From: Escherichia phage vB_EcoM_KAW1E185 | DNA: 64,000 nucleotides | Direction: 5' to 3' (one strand) | Sequence record: NC_054922.1 | Part shown: positions 19,028 through 27,221 of the stretch, one piece after another | Layout: each line of letters starts with the position of its first letter | How positions within the stretch are numbered: the first letter of the stretch is position 1 | The notes under the pieces: generated by a model | Told to the model about the DNA's origin: nothing | The model's input: only the letters and a program-made list of their open reading frames with translations | Database searches by the model: none | Translations under genes and position numbers: made by a program

Positions 19028-19996
19028 TTATTTCAGAAGAGTAACCTCAGCGATTTCTTCCCAACCATTTTTGTCGGTCATAATAAAGTCAGCAAGATAA
19101 AGAGCAGTACGCAGTGAAACATTGCGTAAACGATTAACATTGACTTTCATCCATGATAATGCTTTATAAGTTTCTTCATCAGAAAGACCGCGCTTTTGCA
19201 TCATGTCAGTTGAAAGAATAACATCTTCAACCCTGACCATAATTTCTTCATTAGTGTGAACACCCAAATCCAAATAAACTGAGCGGGACACTAATGCTTG
19301 TAAATGTGGAGCAAGTTTAGTACCACGGTCTAATTCGCGGTCAATGTCAACGTTTGTGATAAAAACAATCGTTCCTTTAAATTCAAACTCACGCTCAATG
19401 CCTTTTTCTTCCAAGTAAGAAGATGCAGTGCTCCAGCAGACTTTACGGGTCTCTCCGGTGTCCAGAGCAGCTTTCAGAAGATTAAGAATGTCCATATCAG
19501 AGAAAACATCCACATCATCAATCAAAAGGACAGAATTCTCTTCACGATTATTCCAAAGCTGTTCATAAAGACCGATACCGGAGATTTTACCGTTAATGCT
19601 TTTATATTCAATGTATCCAATATCATTTGCTTTATTTAAAGCTTTATCTAAAGAATACGTTTTACCAATACCCGCCGCACCAGAGATAATTAATGAACGA
19701 ATATTTCCATTAATAATACCATTCGTCATCATTCCCATAACATTAAATCTTTTATTAATGCGGGTTTTCATATCTTCATACGATTCTTTAACTTCTTCAA
19801 CTTTTACACCATCATATGAAATGTCTGATTTGTAAACCCAAACACCGCGACGTTTACCGTCAATTTCAACAAAAACTTTACCATCTCCTTGTGCATCTAC
19901 CGGAGCATTATCTGGGAACCATTCGCCTAAGAGCTCAAAAGTTCCAGAGATTTCTTTACCGAAGTAGATACCCTTATTGATAGTTACAGTTTTCAT
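19028..19996 (-). CDS. P-loop NTPase (AAA-like ATPase), 322 aa
   Basis: Walker A GAAGIGKT, Walker B VLLIDDVD, sensor-like FITN. Confidence 0.65.
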   Translation of the reverse strand: MKTVTINKGIYFGKEISGTFELLGEWFPDNAPVDAQGDGKVFVEIDGKRRGVWVYKSDISYDGVKVEEVKESYEDMKTRINKRFNVMGMMTNGIINGNIRSLIISGAAGIGKTYSLDKALNKANDIGYIEYKSINGKISGIGLYEQLWNNREENSVLLIDDVDVFSDMDILNLLKAALDTGETRKVCWSTASSYLEEKGIEREFEFKGTIVFITNVDIDRELDRGTKLAPHLQALVSRSVYLDLGVHTNEEIMVRVEDVILSTDMMQKRGLSDEETYKALSWMKVNVNRLRNVSLRTALYLADFIMTDKNGWEEIAEVTLLK

Positions 19997-20053
19997 TTTA
20001 TTCTCCTTTGATTTGATAGGACTACTATAACATAGTCCTATCAGTTTGTATAC

Positions 20054-20254
20054 TTATTTTGACATTTCTTCGATGTCACGACGATACCCGTCACGAACTT
20101 CACGAAGAGCTTCAAGGCCACACATAGGCTCGATACCAGTAATGTGAACTTGATTAATCTGATACTCTACATCTTCTAACTGAGCGAAAACATAACGACG
20201 TTCAGCTGCACACCCAGATTTAGCTTTACCGAAACGTTTATTCAAAGTAGTCAT
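20054..20254 (-). CDS. Hypothetical small protein (66 aa)
   Basis: ORF track; just downstream of early promoter. Confidence 0.45.
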   Translation of the reverse strand: MTTLNKRFGKAKSGCAAERRYVFAQLEDVEYQINQVHITGIEPMCGLEALREVRDGYRRDIEEMSK

Positions 20255-20292
20255 TTTGTATCTCCAATTTACTCATTTGTTTTGATAGTTGT

Positions 20293-20321
20293 ATAATACC
20301 ATAAAGCTTTATGCTTGTAAA
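20293..20321 (-). promoter_or_regulatory. Early promoter
   Basis: Minus strand TTTACA - 17 nt - TATTAT then ACAACTATC. Confidence 0.65.
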
Positions 20322-20344
20322 CAGTTTTGTGAAAAAATTTTTGA

Positions 20345-20371
20345 AATAAAAAAGGGAGCCCGAAGGCTCCC
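20345..20371 (-). terminator. Intrinsic terminator after nucleotidyltransferase gene
   Basis: Minus strand GGGAGCC-UUCG-GGCUCCC followed by UUUUUUAUUU. Confidence 0.65.
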
Positions 20372-20373
20372 TA

Positions 20374-21387
20374 TCATTTATAATAACTTCGGTGGTTTTC
20401 AAGATAGACCTTCTCAAGGAAGTCATCCCAGAAACTCATGTCTACTGTTTTAGGCATACCGTTCTTAGAAGCTTCAGTAGATGCTGCTTCTACTTGATCG
20501 ACCACATCTTCCAAAAACTCTTGAACCGTTTTAAATGGATGTTTACCCAACTTCACGTCGAGAATAAATGGAGCATCTTGGAGTGGATAAACCAAGTCAC
20601 CAGTTTTGTAAATTTCCAATAGTTGGAGTCCACCACGGCAAGCATGACTCAGAGCTTTCCAGTCAATACCTTCATTGGCTTCGGCCTTACGAGCACGTTC
20701 ACCATATTCAGCATCTAATTTGTTCAGTGACTGCTTAAGCTCAATAAGAGAAAGCGTTGTCTGATATTTACGACCCAACACAGTGTAGAACGTTTGTGGG
20801 CCTGTTTTCTCATGATTATGGAACACCCATTCACAGAATTCGTTTTCTGGAAGACGATGCTTAATATCTTCAACTTTAGTGCGACGCTGCTTAATAGAAC
20901 CATCTTCTTGGTAATCAATCCACTGCTCAGGGATTTGATTAACTACTTTCAATACATCACGTAATGCAGCCAAACGAGAACCCTTGACACCGTATTTAGA
21001 AGCTTGCTTGCGGACATATCCTAAATAGGATTTCATGTTAGTCGTATAAAAACGAGAACGGTTGTCTTGAATAAACTTCCACACATCAGGCAAATCAGAT
21101 TTAACCACTAGTTCAGGTGGAGTGTGAAGCATATCCAATGCTACAGTTTCACCATCTGTTGCTAATTTAAAGAAATATTTAAGACTGTATAGTTCATGGT
21201 CAATATCATCTTTAGTGTTTTTAGATGATGTGTTGTTAGTGTTTTTACTCATGTGCTCTTTGACATTTCCGATAAGAATATCACGAGCAGGAGGAACAAA
21301 AATTTCTTTAAAATCTACATCAGATTCTGGAGTAGAAGTTCCATAAAGATGACTACCAAAATAGCTTTTCATTACTGTTTTCATCAT
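20374..21387 (-). CDS. Predicted nucleotidyltransferase (pol-beta superfamily), 337 aa
   Basis: N-terminal YFGSHLYGTSTPESDVDF = G-S-x10-D-x-D signature; ATG overlaps stop of upstream membrane gene. Confidence 0.6.
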   Translation of the reverse strand: MMKTVMKSYFGSHLYGTSTPESDVDFKEIFVPPARDILIGNVKEHMSKNTNNTSSKNTKDDIDHELYSLKYFFKLATDGETVALDMLHTPPELVVKSDLPDVWKFIQDNRSRFYTTNMKSYLGYVRKQASKYGVKGSRLAALRDVLKVVNQIPEQWIDYQEDGSIKQRRTKVEDIKHRLPENEFCEWVFHNHEKTGPQTFYTVLGRKYQTTLSLIELKQSLNKLDAEYGERARKAEANEGIDWKALSHACRGGLQLLEIYKTGDLVYPLQDAPFILDVKLGKHPFKTVQEFLEDVVDQVEAASTEASKNGMPKTVDMSFWDDFLEKVYLENHRSYYK

Positions 21388-21845
21388 TCAGCCTTATATT
21401 CAATAACAGGACATACTTTAGCTTTACGAGCTTTTAAAAATTCAACGATAATCGATTTCTTGGGTTGAATAGGAGGTAAACCTTTATACGCCCTATCAAT
21501 ATTTTCTATGTGTAAAGCATAATCCTTTTTCCATTTATAATCTTTATATTTTTCATGCAAATGTGCAGGAATAACAAATGAACCGATAATAAGTAAAACA
21601 ACCAAAAGCGCAAGTATAAATGCTGATGGAAGAAGAGTCCATAAACTACCAAAAATAAGCCAACGTTGTAGGCTTTCTGCACAAATAATTGTTAGCCCTA
21701 CGAGTATAGCACATCCAAAAATAGAAACGAAAAATGTAGGAATGGCAATAGACCAAAAATATGCGCATAGTGTCTTAGGTCGTTGCCATTCATCGTTAAA
21801 CAATTTGAATAATTTATAGTGCCAAGAGTTTTCATTAATAATCAT
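21384..21845 (-). CDS. Hypothetical membrane protein (153 aa, ~3 TM)
   Basis: Three hydrophobic segments in the translation. Confidence 0.55.
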   Translation of the reverse strand: MIINENSWHYKLFKLFNDEWQRPKTLCAYFWSIAIPTFFVSIFGCAILVGLTIICAESLQRWLIFGSLWTLLPSAFILALLVVLLIIGSFVIPAHLHEKYKDYKWKKDYALHIENIDRAYKGLPPIQPKKSIIVEFLKARKAKVCPVIEYKAE

Positions 21846-21847
21846 AA

Positions 21848-22369
21848 TTATCCTTTCATTGAAGGCGTAACAGTTGTTAAATACTTAATCATAGCTTCAG
21901 CTTCTGATTTTGATAATGAAATTTCTCCATTGTTTTGACGAATAGAAATAAAATCCGGATGACGGTCACCACCAGCTTTTAAAACACACATATAAGTATC
22001 AACTTCATCTTCAATATTTGAAATGATTGAAGCAGTTCCACATGAATGCGGTTTTTGATAAATCAATGCAGCTTTTCTTCCGCCATTTGACTGTTCATAA
22101 ACTTTTAATACATCAAACAAATCACTTCTTTTATCAATAGCTAAAATGTTATTTTCATCTTCAATGTTAAATCCTTCGGATACTTCATAAAGTGTCACCC
22201 ATAAATCGCCAATATCAATAACAGCGTTCACTTTTCCATGACTTTCAAGAGCATGACAAATTTTCTTGATTTCGTCATAACTCATTTTAATAATATCATC
22301 TCCTTGAATAAGAAAGATGTCATTTTTAAATTCAACACGAATTAAACCACTTCCACTTGAAATAAACAT
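21848..22369 (-). CDS. Hypothetical protein (173 aa), paralog of 22376-22921
   Basis: Shared GFNIE(D/S)E and C-terminal YL..V.P.M with the neighbour. Confidence 0.5.
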   Translation of the reverse strand: MFISSGSGLIRVEFKNDIFLIQGDDIIKMSYDEIKKICHALESHGKVNAVIDIGDLWVTLYEVSEGFNIEDENNILAIDKRSDLFDVLKVYEQSNGGRKAALIYQKPHSCGTASIISNIEDEVDTYMCVLKAGGDRHPDFISIRQNNGEISLSKSEAEAMIKYLTTVTPSMKG

Positions 22370-22375
22370 ATTTCC

Positions 22376-22921
22376 TCACTTTGAAATCATAGTTGGAATA
22401 ACAGAATCAAGATAAGTCTTTAGTGCAATAGCTTCGTCTTTGGTAAATGTGACAATATGTGCTCGAAAATCATCAATTTGACGAATAGTTAAGACATCTC
22501 CATCTTCATAACATTTTGATACGTTTAAAACAGTTTCATCATTCTGATTGCAAGCGTTAGTAATAATAGCATTGCAATTTTTAAACCATTTTAAACTATG
22601 TTTTCTTTCATTAGAATAATAAAAATATTTAATCTTATCTATAAAACTATCCCAATGGATAACTGATAAGCATATTGACTCGCTTTCAATATTAAATCCT
22701 GGGCATGAAGAATAAAAATGAATTTTATGCTCATCATTAATGCTTACAATTTTATCAGTATAAGGATTTTCAATTTTGGTTAAATGAATGATTTCACTAG
22801 GCGTAAAATACAGCATATCGTCTTCTTGTGTCAAACGATACATATTATTTACTTTTTCTATAGCTAATTCACCAAAAAGTGAACTAACTTCTAATACTAA
22901 TCGTTTCGCCGCTACCGTCAT
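22376..22921 (-). CDS. Hypothetical protein (181 aa), paralog of 21848-22369
   Basis: See paralog; preceded by a 34-codon leader ORF and an early promoter. Confidence 0.5.
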   Translation of the reverse strand: MTVAAKRLVLEVSSLFGELAIEKVNNMYRLTQEDDMLYFTPSEIIHLTKIENPYTDKIVSINDEHKIHFYSSCPGFNIESESICLSVIHWDSFIDKIKYFYYSNERKHSLKWFKNCNAIITNACNQNDETVLNVSKCYEDGDVLTIRQIDDFRAHIVTFTKDEAIALKTYLDSVIPTMISK

Positions 22922-23053
22922 TACATACTCCTCTGAATCATATCAATAATGTTGTTCACCAGATTATAAGTAAACATTGGGTAATTATATTGAATCATTA
23001 CATACACAACAAACAAAACTTTCATTCTCTTCTCCTTGGCAGTTGACAAGATT

Positions 23054-23082
23054 ACTATACCATAACCTTGCCAACTTGTAAA
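23054..23082 (-). promoter_or_regulatory. Early promoter
   Basis: Minus strand TTTACA - 17 nt - TATAGT. Confidence 0.6.
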
Positions 23083-23248
23083 CCATTAAATGACGTTTTC
23101 AATAAAATTCTGAAGCTTTGTGTGAGCATCAACCATGATTTTCATTTCTTCTTTTGCGAAAGCTGTACCTCTTTCCCGAGCAGAATACTCATAGTCAGAA
23201 ACTGCATTAGCATATTCTTCAATTAGCTTCATTAAAAACATCTGCTTT

Positions 23249-23443
23249 TCAGTTTTCATTATTCCACCTAATCATTTCAAGATATTGAACTAACTTAGCT
23301 TTGGATTTATCCAAATCTCTTTTAGCTGCTTCTATACCGTCGTATGAATATCCTTCACAATGCTCAACTGCTAATTGATATGAATCTATTTCAATATCAC
23401 GTGCTAATTTAATGATTTTTTCAAACTGTTCACGTGTTAGCAT
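23249..23443 (-). CDS. Small helical protein (64 aa), family MxxxEQxxKI
   Basis: MLTREQFEKIIKL; one of four similar small proteins. Confidence 0.45.
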   Translation of the reverse strand: MLTREQFEKIIKLARDIEIDSYQLAVEHCEGYSYDGIEAAKRDLDKSKAKLVQYLEMIRWNNEN

Positions 23444-23445
23444 AA

Positions 23446-23649
23446 TTAAACTCTCGTATTATGATCGATAATTTCATCAAGAAACATATCTAACGCTTCT
23501 AAAGCATTATCAACTTTAGCTTCAAGTTCTTCAATACCTTTATTTGCAATGCCTGACGAAAACCAAGCAAAGTCACTAAATTCCTCATCTGCTTTACGAA
23601 TTAAAGCTACCAGTTCCTTAATTTTATCCGCTTGTTCGATACTAATCAT
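23446..23649 (-). CDS. Small helical protein (67 aa from MISIEQ), same family
   Basis: ATG overlaps stop of upstream ORF. Confidence 0.45.
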   Translation of the reverse strand: MISIEQADKIKELVALIRKADEEFSDFAWFSSGIANKGIEELEAKVDNALEALDMFLDEIIDHNTRV

Positions 23650-23837
23650 TATTCCACCACATATGAAAGAGAGAATATTGCACACGCCATGTGAGTTGCA
23701 ACTTCATCACACATATTATAACGTTTCTTAAGAAGTTCTACAAGTTCTTCACTAGTAACTTCATCCATGTCGACGAAAAAATCACCATTAATGATGACGT
23801 AGATATTTCCTTCTTGATTGAGTGCTTCAATTTTCAT
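23649..23837 (-). CDS. Hypothetical small protein (62 aa from MKIEALNQ)
   Basis: SD AGAGGAGAA upstream of ATG 23837; ORF-track start lies upstream of the promoter. Confidence 0.45.
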
Positions 23838-23865
23838 GATGTTCTCCTCTTTATCCGATAGTTGT

Positions 23866-23894
23866 ATAGTACCACAGCTCAAACGGAAAGTAAA
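23866..23894 (-). promoter_or_regulatory. Early promoter
   Basis: Minus strand TTTACT - 17 nt - TACTAT then ACAACTATC. Confidence 0.6.
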
Positions 23895-23900
23895 CCGGTA

Positions 23901-23927
23901 AAATGAAAAAAGTCTCCCGAAGGAGAC
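23901..23927 (-). terminator. Intrinsic terminator
   Basis: Minus strand GUCUCC-UUCG-GGAGAC followed by UUUUUUCAUUU. Confidence 0.6.
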
Positions 23928-23932
23928 TAATG

Positions 23933-24319
23933 TTATTCGAGGGAAAGAAGATACTTACTCTGGTAAAACATTCCAGTAATATCATCTATCGTACTTTGAA
24001 TGGCTGGAGGCATTTCTTTATAAATGCTGTTAGATTGGTCTAGTATGCGATCAATCATTTTAATTGTGTCGGTAGGAAGTTTACTGGCATCTGGAATTGA
24101 AGGTGTGTATTTTCTACCAGAATACCCCAAATATTGCTCACCAAATTTATCAATCAAATCTGGCAACTCGGAAAAAATAAAATCGTATGCTTTGTGTCTA
24201 GCATAACTTTTAGTTTCAAAATGTGCAGAATGAAAATAAGCTTGTGCAGCCATTAATAAACCTAAGTATTCATCTGCCTTTGAAGGTTTTCCACTTTGTG
24301 AAAAGTCGCTGAATTTCAT
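23933..24319 (-). CDS. Hypothetical protein (128 aa) immediately upstream of rI on the map
   Basis: ORF track. Confidence 0.5.
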
Positions 24320-24610
24320 TCAGTCTCCAATTTAATGTTCATAATTCTAGCGTATGAATGTGCCATCTCCGCGCCTCGTTCTATACATTCAAAATCAGAA
24401 GAGCACGGGTCATTTTTATAGGTCGTTCTCATAAAACTATAGAATTGTTCAGACGATTCTACGCTTTTATTTTCAAAAAGCATATAAACATGTCTAATAC
24501 CAGATTCCATAAATTTATCAAAATGAGGATCGACATTCGCTTCAATCGGTGGAGATAAAGCAAACGCTAATCCTAAGCATGGCAAATAGTGCCGTTGCTT
24601 TTAAGGCCAT
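24316..24610 (-). pseudogene. rI: Lysis-inhibition regulator rI, apparently disrupted by a +1 frameshift after codon 12
   Basis: ATG at 24610 with SD GGAGG encodes MALKATALFAML then stops after 22 codons; other frame continues GLAFALSPPIEANVDPHFDK...NIKLETE, matching T4 RI as recalled. Confidence 0.6.
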
Positions 24611-24622
24611 AAAGGCCTCCTA

Positions 24623-24835
24623 TCATTTTTGTCCTGTATTTACTTTATGCCGATGCACGGCCTTAACTTTATCAAGGTATTTTTCAAAATTTCGCAATCT
24701 AGTATAGTCTGCCGGAGATTGGTTGAGTGATACTTCTCGACGCAAAGCTGAAATGATATTTCCAACTTCCCTACGAATTTCATCTAATTGAAGAACAGTA
24801 AGATTGCGAAGTTGCTTTTCAGTTAATTGTAGCAT
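24623..24835 (-). CDS. Hypothetical protein (70 aa)
   Basis: ORF track. Confidence 0.45.
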
Positions 24836-24877
24836 ATATACCCCTTTAGTTAGATAAACCTATTTATAACTTTTGCA

Positions 24878-25459
24878 CTAACCGAGCTTTTTAGTTAATT
24901 CATTCCAATGTTTTCTGCACAAAGAAACATAAATTTCATCACCAATACAGATTTGATTACCTTCTTTAACTGGTGTTCCATCTTCCATTAATCGAGCTGT
25001 CATAATCGCTTTTTTACCACAATGACAAACTGCCTTTAGTTCAATAAGTTTATCTGCAATCGCTAAAAGTTCTTTAGAACCTTCAAATAATTTTCCAGCG
25101 AAATCAGTCCTTAATCCATAAGCCATAACAGGAACATTATATGTATCAACAATTCGACTCAATTGATGTACTTGTTCAGTTTTTAAAAACTGGGCTTCAT
25201 CTACAAATACGCAATGAATATCTTTTTGTGCTTCAGCCCATTTATAGAACTCGAAAATATCCATATCATCTGTAATAATATTCGCTTCCTGCTTAATTCC
25301 AATGCGAGAAACGACTTCACAGACAGAATCGCGAGTATCAATAGCAGGCTTAAGAACTAATACACTCATTCCACGTTCTTTATAATTATGCGCAGCAGTC
25401 AAAAGAGAAGCAGATTTTCCAGCATTCATTGCTGCATAAGTAAAAATTAAACTCGCCAT
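24878..25459 (-). CDS. tk: Thymidine kinase
   Basis: 193 aa; P-loop NAGKSASLL near N-terminus; C-terminal CxxC pairs. Confidence 0.9.
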   Translation of the reverse strand: MASLIFTYAAMNAGKSASLLTAAHNYKERGMSVLVLKPAIDTRDSVCEVVSRIGIKQEANIITDDMDIFEFYKWAEAQKDIHCVFVDEAQFLKTEQVHQLSRIVDTYNVPVMAYGLRTDFAGKLFEGSKELLAIADKLIELKAVCHCGKKAIMTARLMEDGTPVKEGNQICIGDEIYVSLCRKHWNELTKKLG

Positions 25460-25460
25460 C

Positions 25461-25649
25461 TTAGTCCTTAGTTAAATTTTCTAAATATGTTTCTAAATCA
25501 TTTTCAGCTTTATCGATAGATTTTACTAATTCGTAATATGTTTCGGCATCTCCATATTCAGAAGATATTTCAAAAGACAAATCCTTTTCTAAACTAATAA
25601 TTTCACCAACTAAAAATAATATTTCGTTCTTTTGTTCGCGAGTAATCAT
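25461..25649 (-). CDS. Small helical protein (62 aa), family MxxxEQxxKI
   Basis: MITREQKNEILFL. Confidence 0.45.
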   Translation of the reverse strand: MITREQKNEILFLVGEIISLEKDLSFEISSEYGDAETYYELVKSIDKAENDLETYLENLTKD

Positions 25650-25831
25650 AAGGAATTTATATAATTAATAAGTTCTTGTTCTTTATTATCGAATTCTTTA
25701 GAAAGTTCTTCGTACTCGTTTGCACTAAAAGGACCGCATTCATTACAAACTTTTTCCAATTCGCTATTTTTATCCATAACTTCGTGGATAAGAGAAAAGA
25801 GTTTGTCTTTTTGTTCTTTGCTTAGGCTCAT
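25646..25831 (-). CDS. Small helical protein (61 aa), same family
   Basis: MSLSKEQKDKLFSL. Confidence 0.45.
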   Translation of the reverse strand: MSLSKEQKDKLFSLIHEVMDKNSELEKVCNECGPFSANEYEELSKEFDNKEQELINYINSL

Positions 25832-26001
25832 ATATTAATTTCCAGAAGTTTTAAAATAATTCGCTTTTGCTTAAATATTTCCATAGTTAAATGATCAGTA
25901 TCTTTTTGACCAATTCCAATGGCAAAACCTTTATTAGCAGCGAGTTCAATTAAATTATCAAGTTCACGTAACACTTCGTACTGTAACTCAGAACTATTCA
26001 T
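25828..26001 (-). CDS. Hypothetical small ORF (57 aa), below ORF-track cutoff
   Basis: Own translation MNSSELQYEVLRELDNL...; ATGA overlaps at both ends. Confidence 0.4.
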   Translation of the reverse strand: MNSSELQYEVLRELDNLIELAANKGFAIGIGQKDTDHLTMEIFKQKRIILKLLEINI

Positions 26002-26210
26002 TTCGGTTTACCTTCTTTAACGAAATCTGGATAAGGATAAAATCCCGAATAAAATCCTTCACCTTTATGATTGACGCATCCTTTATTAGAACAATAGCAC
26101 CAATAATCGAAATCACAAGCCATTTCATCGTTGCATAAAGCAAAAACAACCGGCCACTTACACTTTTCACAATGGGCATTTTTAAGAATACTAGTTTGGC
26201 TCATAACCAT
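25998..26210 (-). CDS. Cys-rich small protein (70 aa)
   Basis: Eight Cys including CEKC and CYC. Confidence 0.45.
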   Translation of the reverse strand: MVMSQTSILKNAHCEKCKWPVVFALCNDEMACDFDYWCYCSNKGCVNHKGEGFYSGFYPYPDFVKEGKPK

Positions 26211-26428
26211 GTCACCTTTAAGCAGTATTCTTCTACATGCTGTTTACGACCTTTCTTATCAATAAAGGTATATTCAACGAATGTTCCAATGTAGTCTTTA
26301 TCTACATCATGTGGACTATTAATTGGACATTTAGTACGGCAAATGCGTTCCCATTGACGAATAATTACTGCCTTATTCTTTGGGTCATACGGATGTGGAT
26401 AATGTATATTCATAATAACGGTTCCCAA
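26201..26428 (-). CDS. Hypothetical protein (75 aa)
   Basis: ORF track. Confidence 0.4.
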   Translation of the reverse strand: MGTVIMNIHYPHPYDPKNKAVIIRQWERICRTKCPINSPHDVDKDYIGTFVEYTFIDKKGRKQHVEEYCLKVTWL

Positions 26429-26877
26429 TCAACAATCACAATTTCTAATTTAGAGGAATATGTATCTAAAATCCCCTCAATAATATCCCAGTTCCCTTTA
26501 CCTATGCCTGCACCAATCCTAGGCATATAGATTGTAGGTTTAATCAGTTTATTTTCACCAAACTCATTTAATTCTAACATACAATTCATTAAAGCGGAAT
26601 ACTCAAAATTTGGCCCCGGTTGAAATTGAGTATAAAGATTGAAGCAGTAAGCTTTATGAGTCCTAAAGTATTTTTCATAGACTGAGTAAGAACCGAGTTT
26701 AGTTACATCGCCCCATTCTGTCTGTAATTTATCAGCTTCCAAAATCTTAGGAAAAGCTTTAGCTAATTGACCAGCTACTCCTGATCCCATCGTGTGGAAA
26801 CAGTTACAGCCATGAGCGATATTTTTACCTTCAGCGAAAAGGGCGACAATATCGCCCTTGATATATTTTACAATCAT
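26410..26877 (-). CDS. Macro-domain-like protein (putative ADP-ribose binding/processing), 155 aa
   Basis: KGDIVALFAEGKNIAHGCNCFHTMGSGVAGQLAKAFP and PRIGAGIGKG resemble macro-domain motifs; not verified by profile search. Confidence 0.5.
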   Translation of the reverse strand: MIVKYIKGDIVALFAEGKNIAHGCNCFHTMGSGVAGQLAKAFPKILEADKLQTEWGDVTKLGSYSVYEKYFRTHKAYCFNLYTQFQPGPNFEYSALMNCMLELNEFGENKLIKPTIYMPRIGAGIGKGNWDIIEGILDTYSSKLEIVIVDWEPLL

Positions 26878-27221
26878 CTAGTACTCAATCCTCGATTATA
26901 AGAATCTACTAAACGGTCAACCATTGAATGACAAGCGGCTTTATCTTTCTCCTCCGCAACTGAACATTCTAAGGTATTCCACTTTTTAGCATATCGTTTT
27001 AATAATGTATCATTTTTGTATCTGCTTGATTTATCTCTTTCTCCGTCTTTATATGCATATATTAATTTCTGTGCAAATTCAGCTTGGCATGCTTTATTTT
27101 TCCCACAATAATCTGCCGCAGTGCGGTTTACATATTCTCTAATTTCAGTATATGATGTATCTGCTGATGCAGAAGCAGAAAATGAAATTAATCCTATACA
27201 TAAAACCAAAATTTTAGTCAT
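26874..27221 (-). CDS. Secreted small Cys-containing protein (115 aa) with signal peptide
   Basis: N-terminal MTKILVLCIGLISFSASASA. Confidence 0.5.
   Translation of the reverse strand: MTKILVLCIGLISFSASASADTSYTEIREYVNRTAADYCGKNKACQAEFAQKLIYAYKDGERDKSSRYKNDTLLKRYAKKWNTLECSVAEEKDKAACHSMVDRLVDSYNRGLSTR

Noticed and set aside
18588-24558. Plus-strand ORFs in the early region (18588-18776, 19596-19835, 20392-20622, 21253-21468, 23549-23731, 24024-24206, 24358-24558)
   Set aside because: All are antisense to co-oriented, tightly coupled minus-strand genes.
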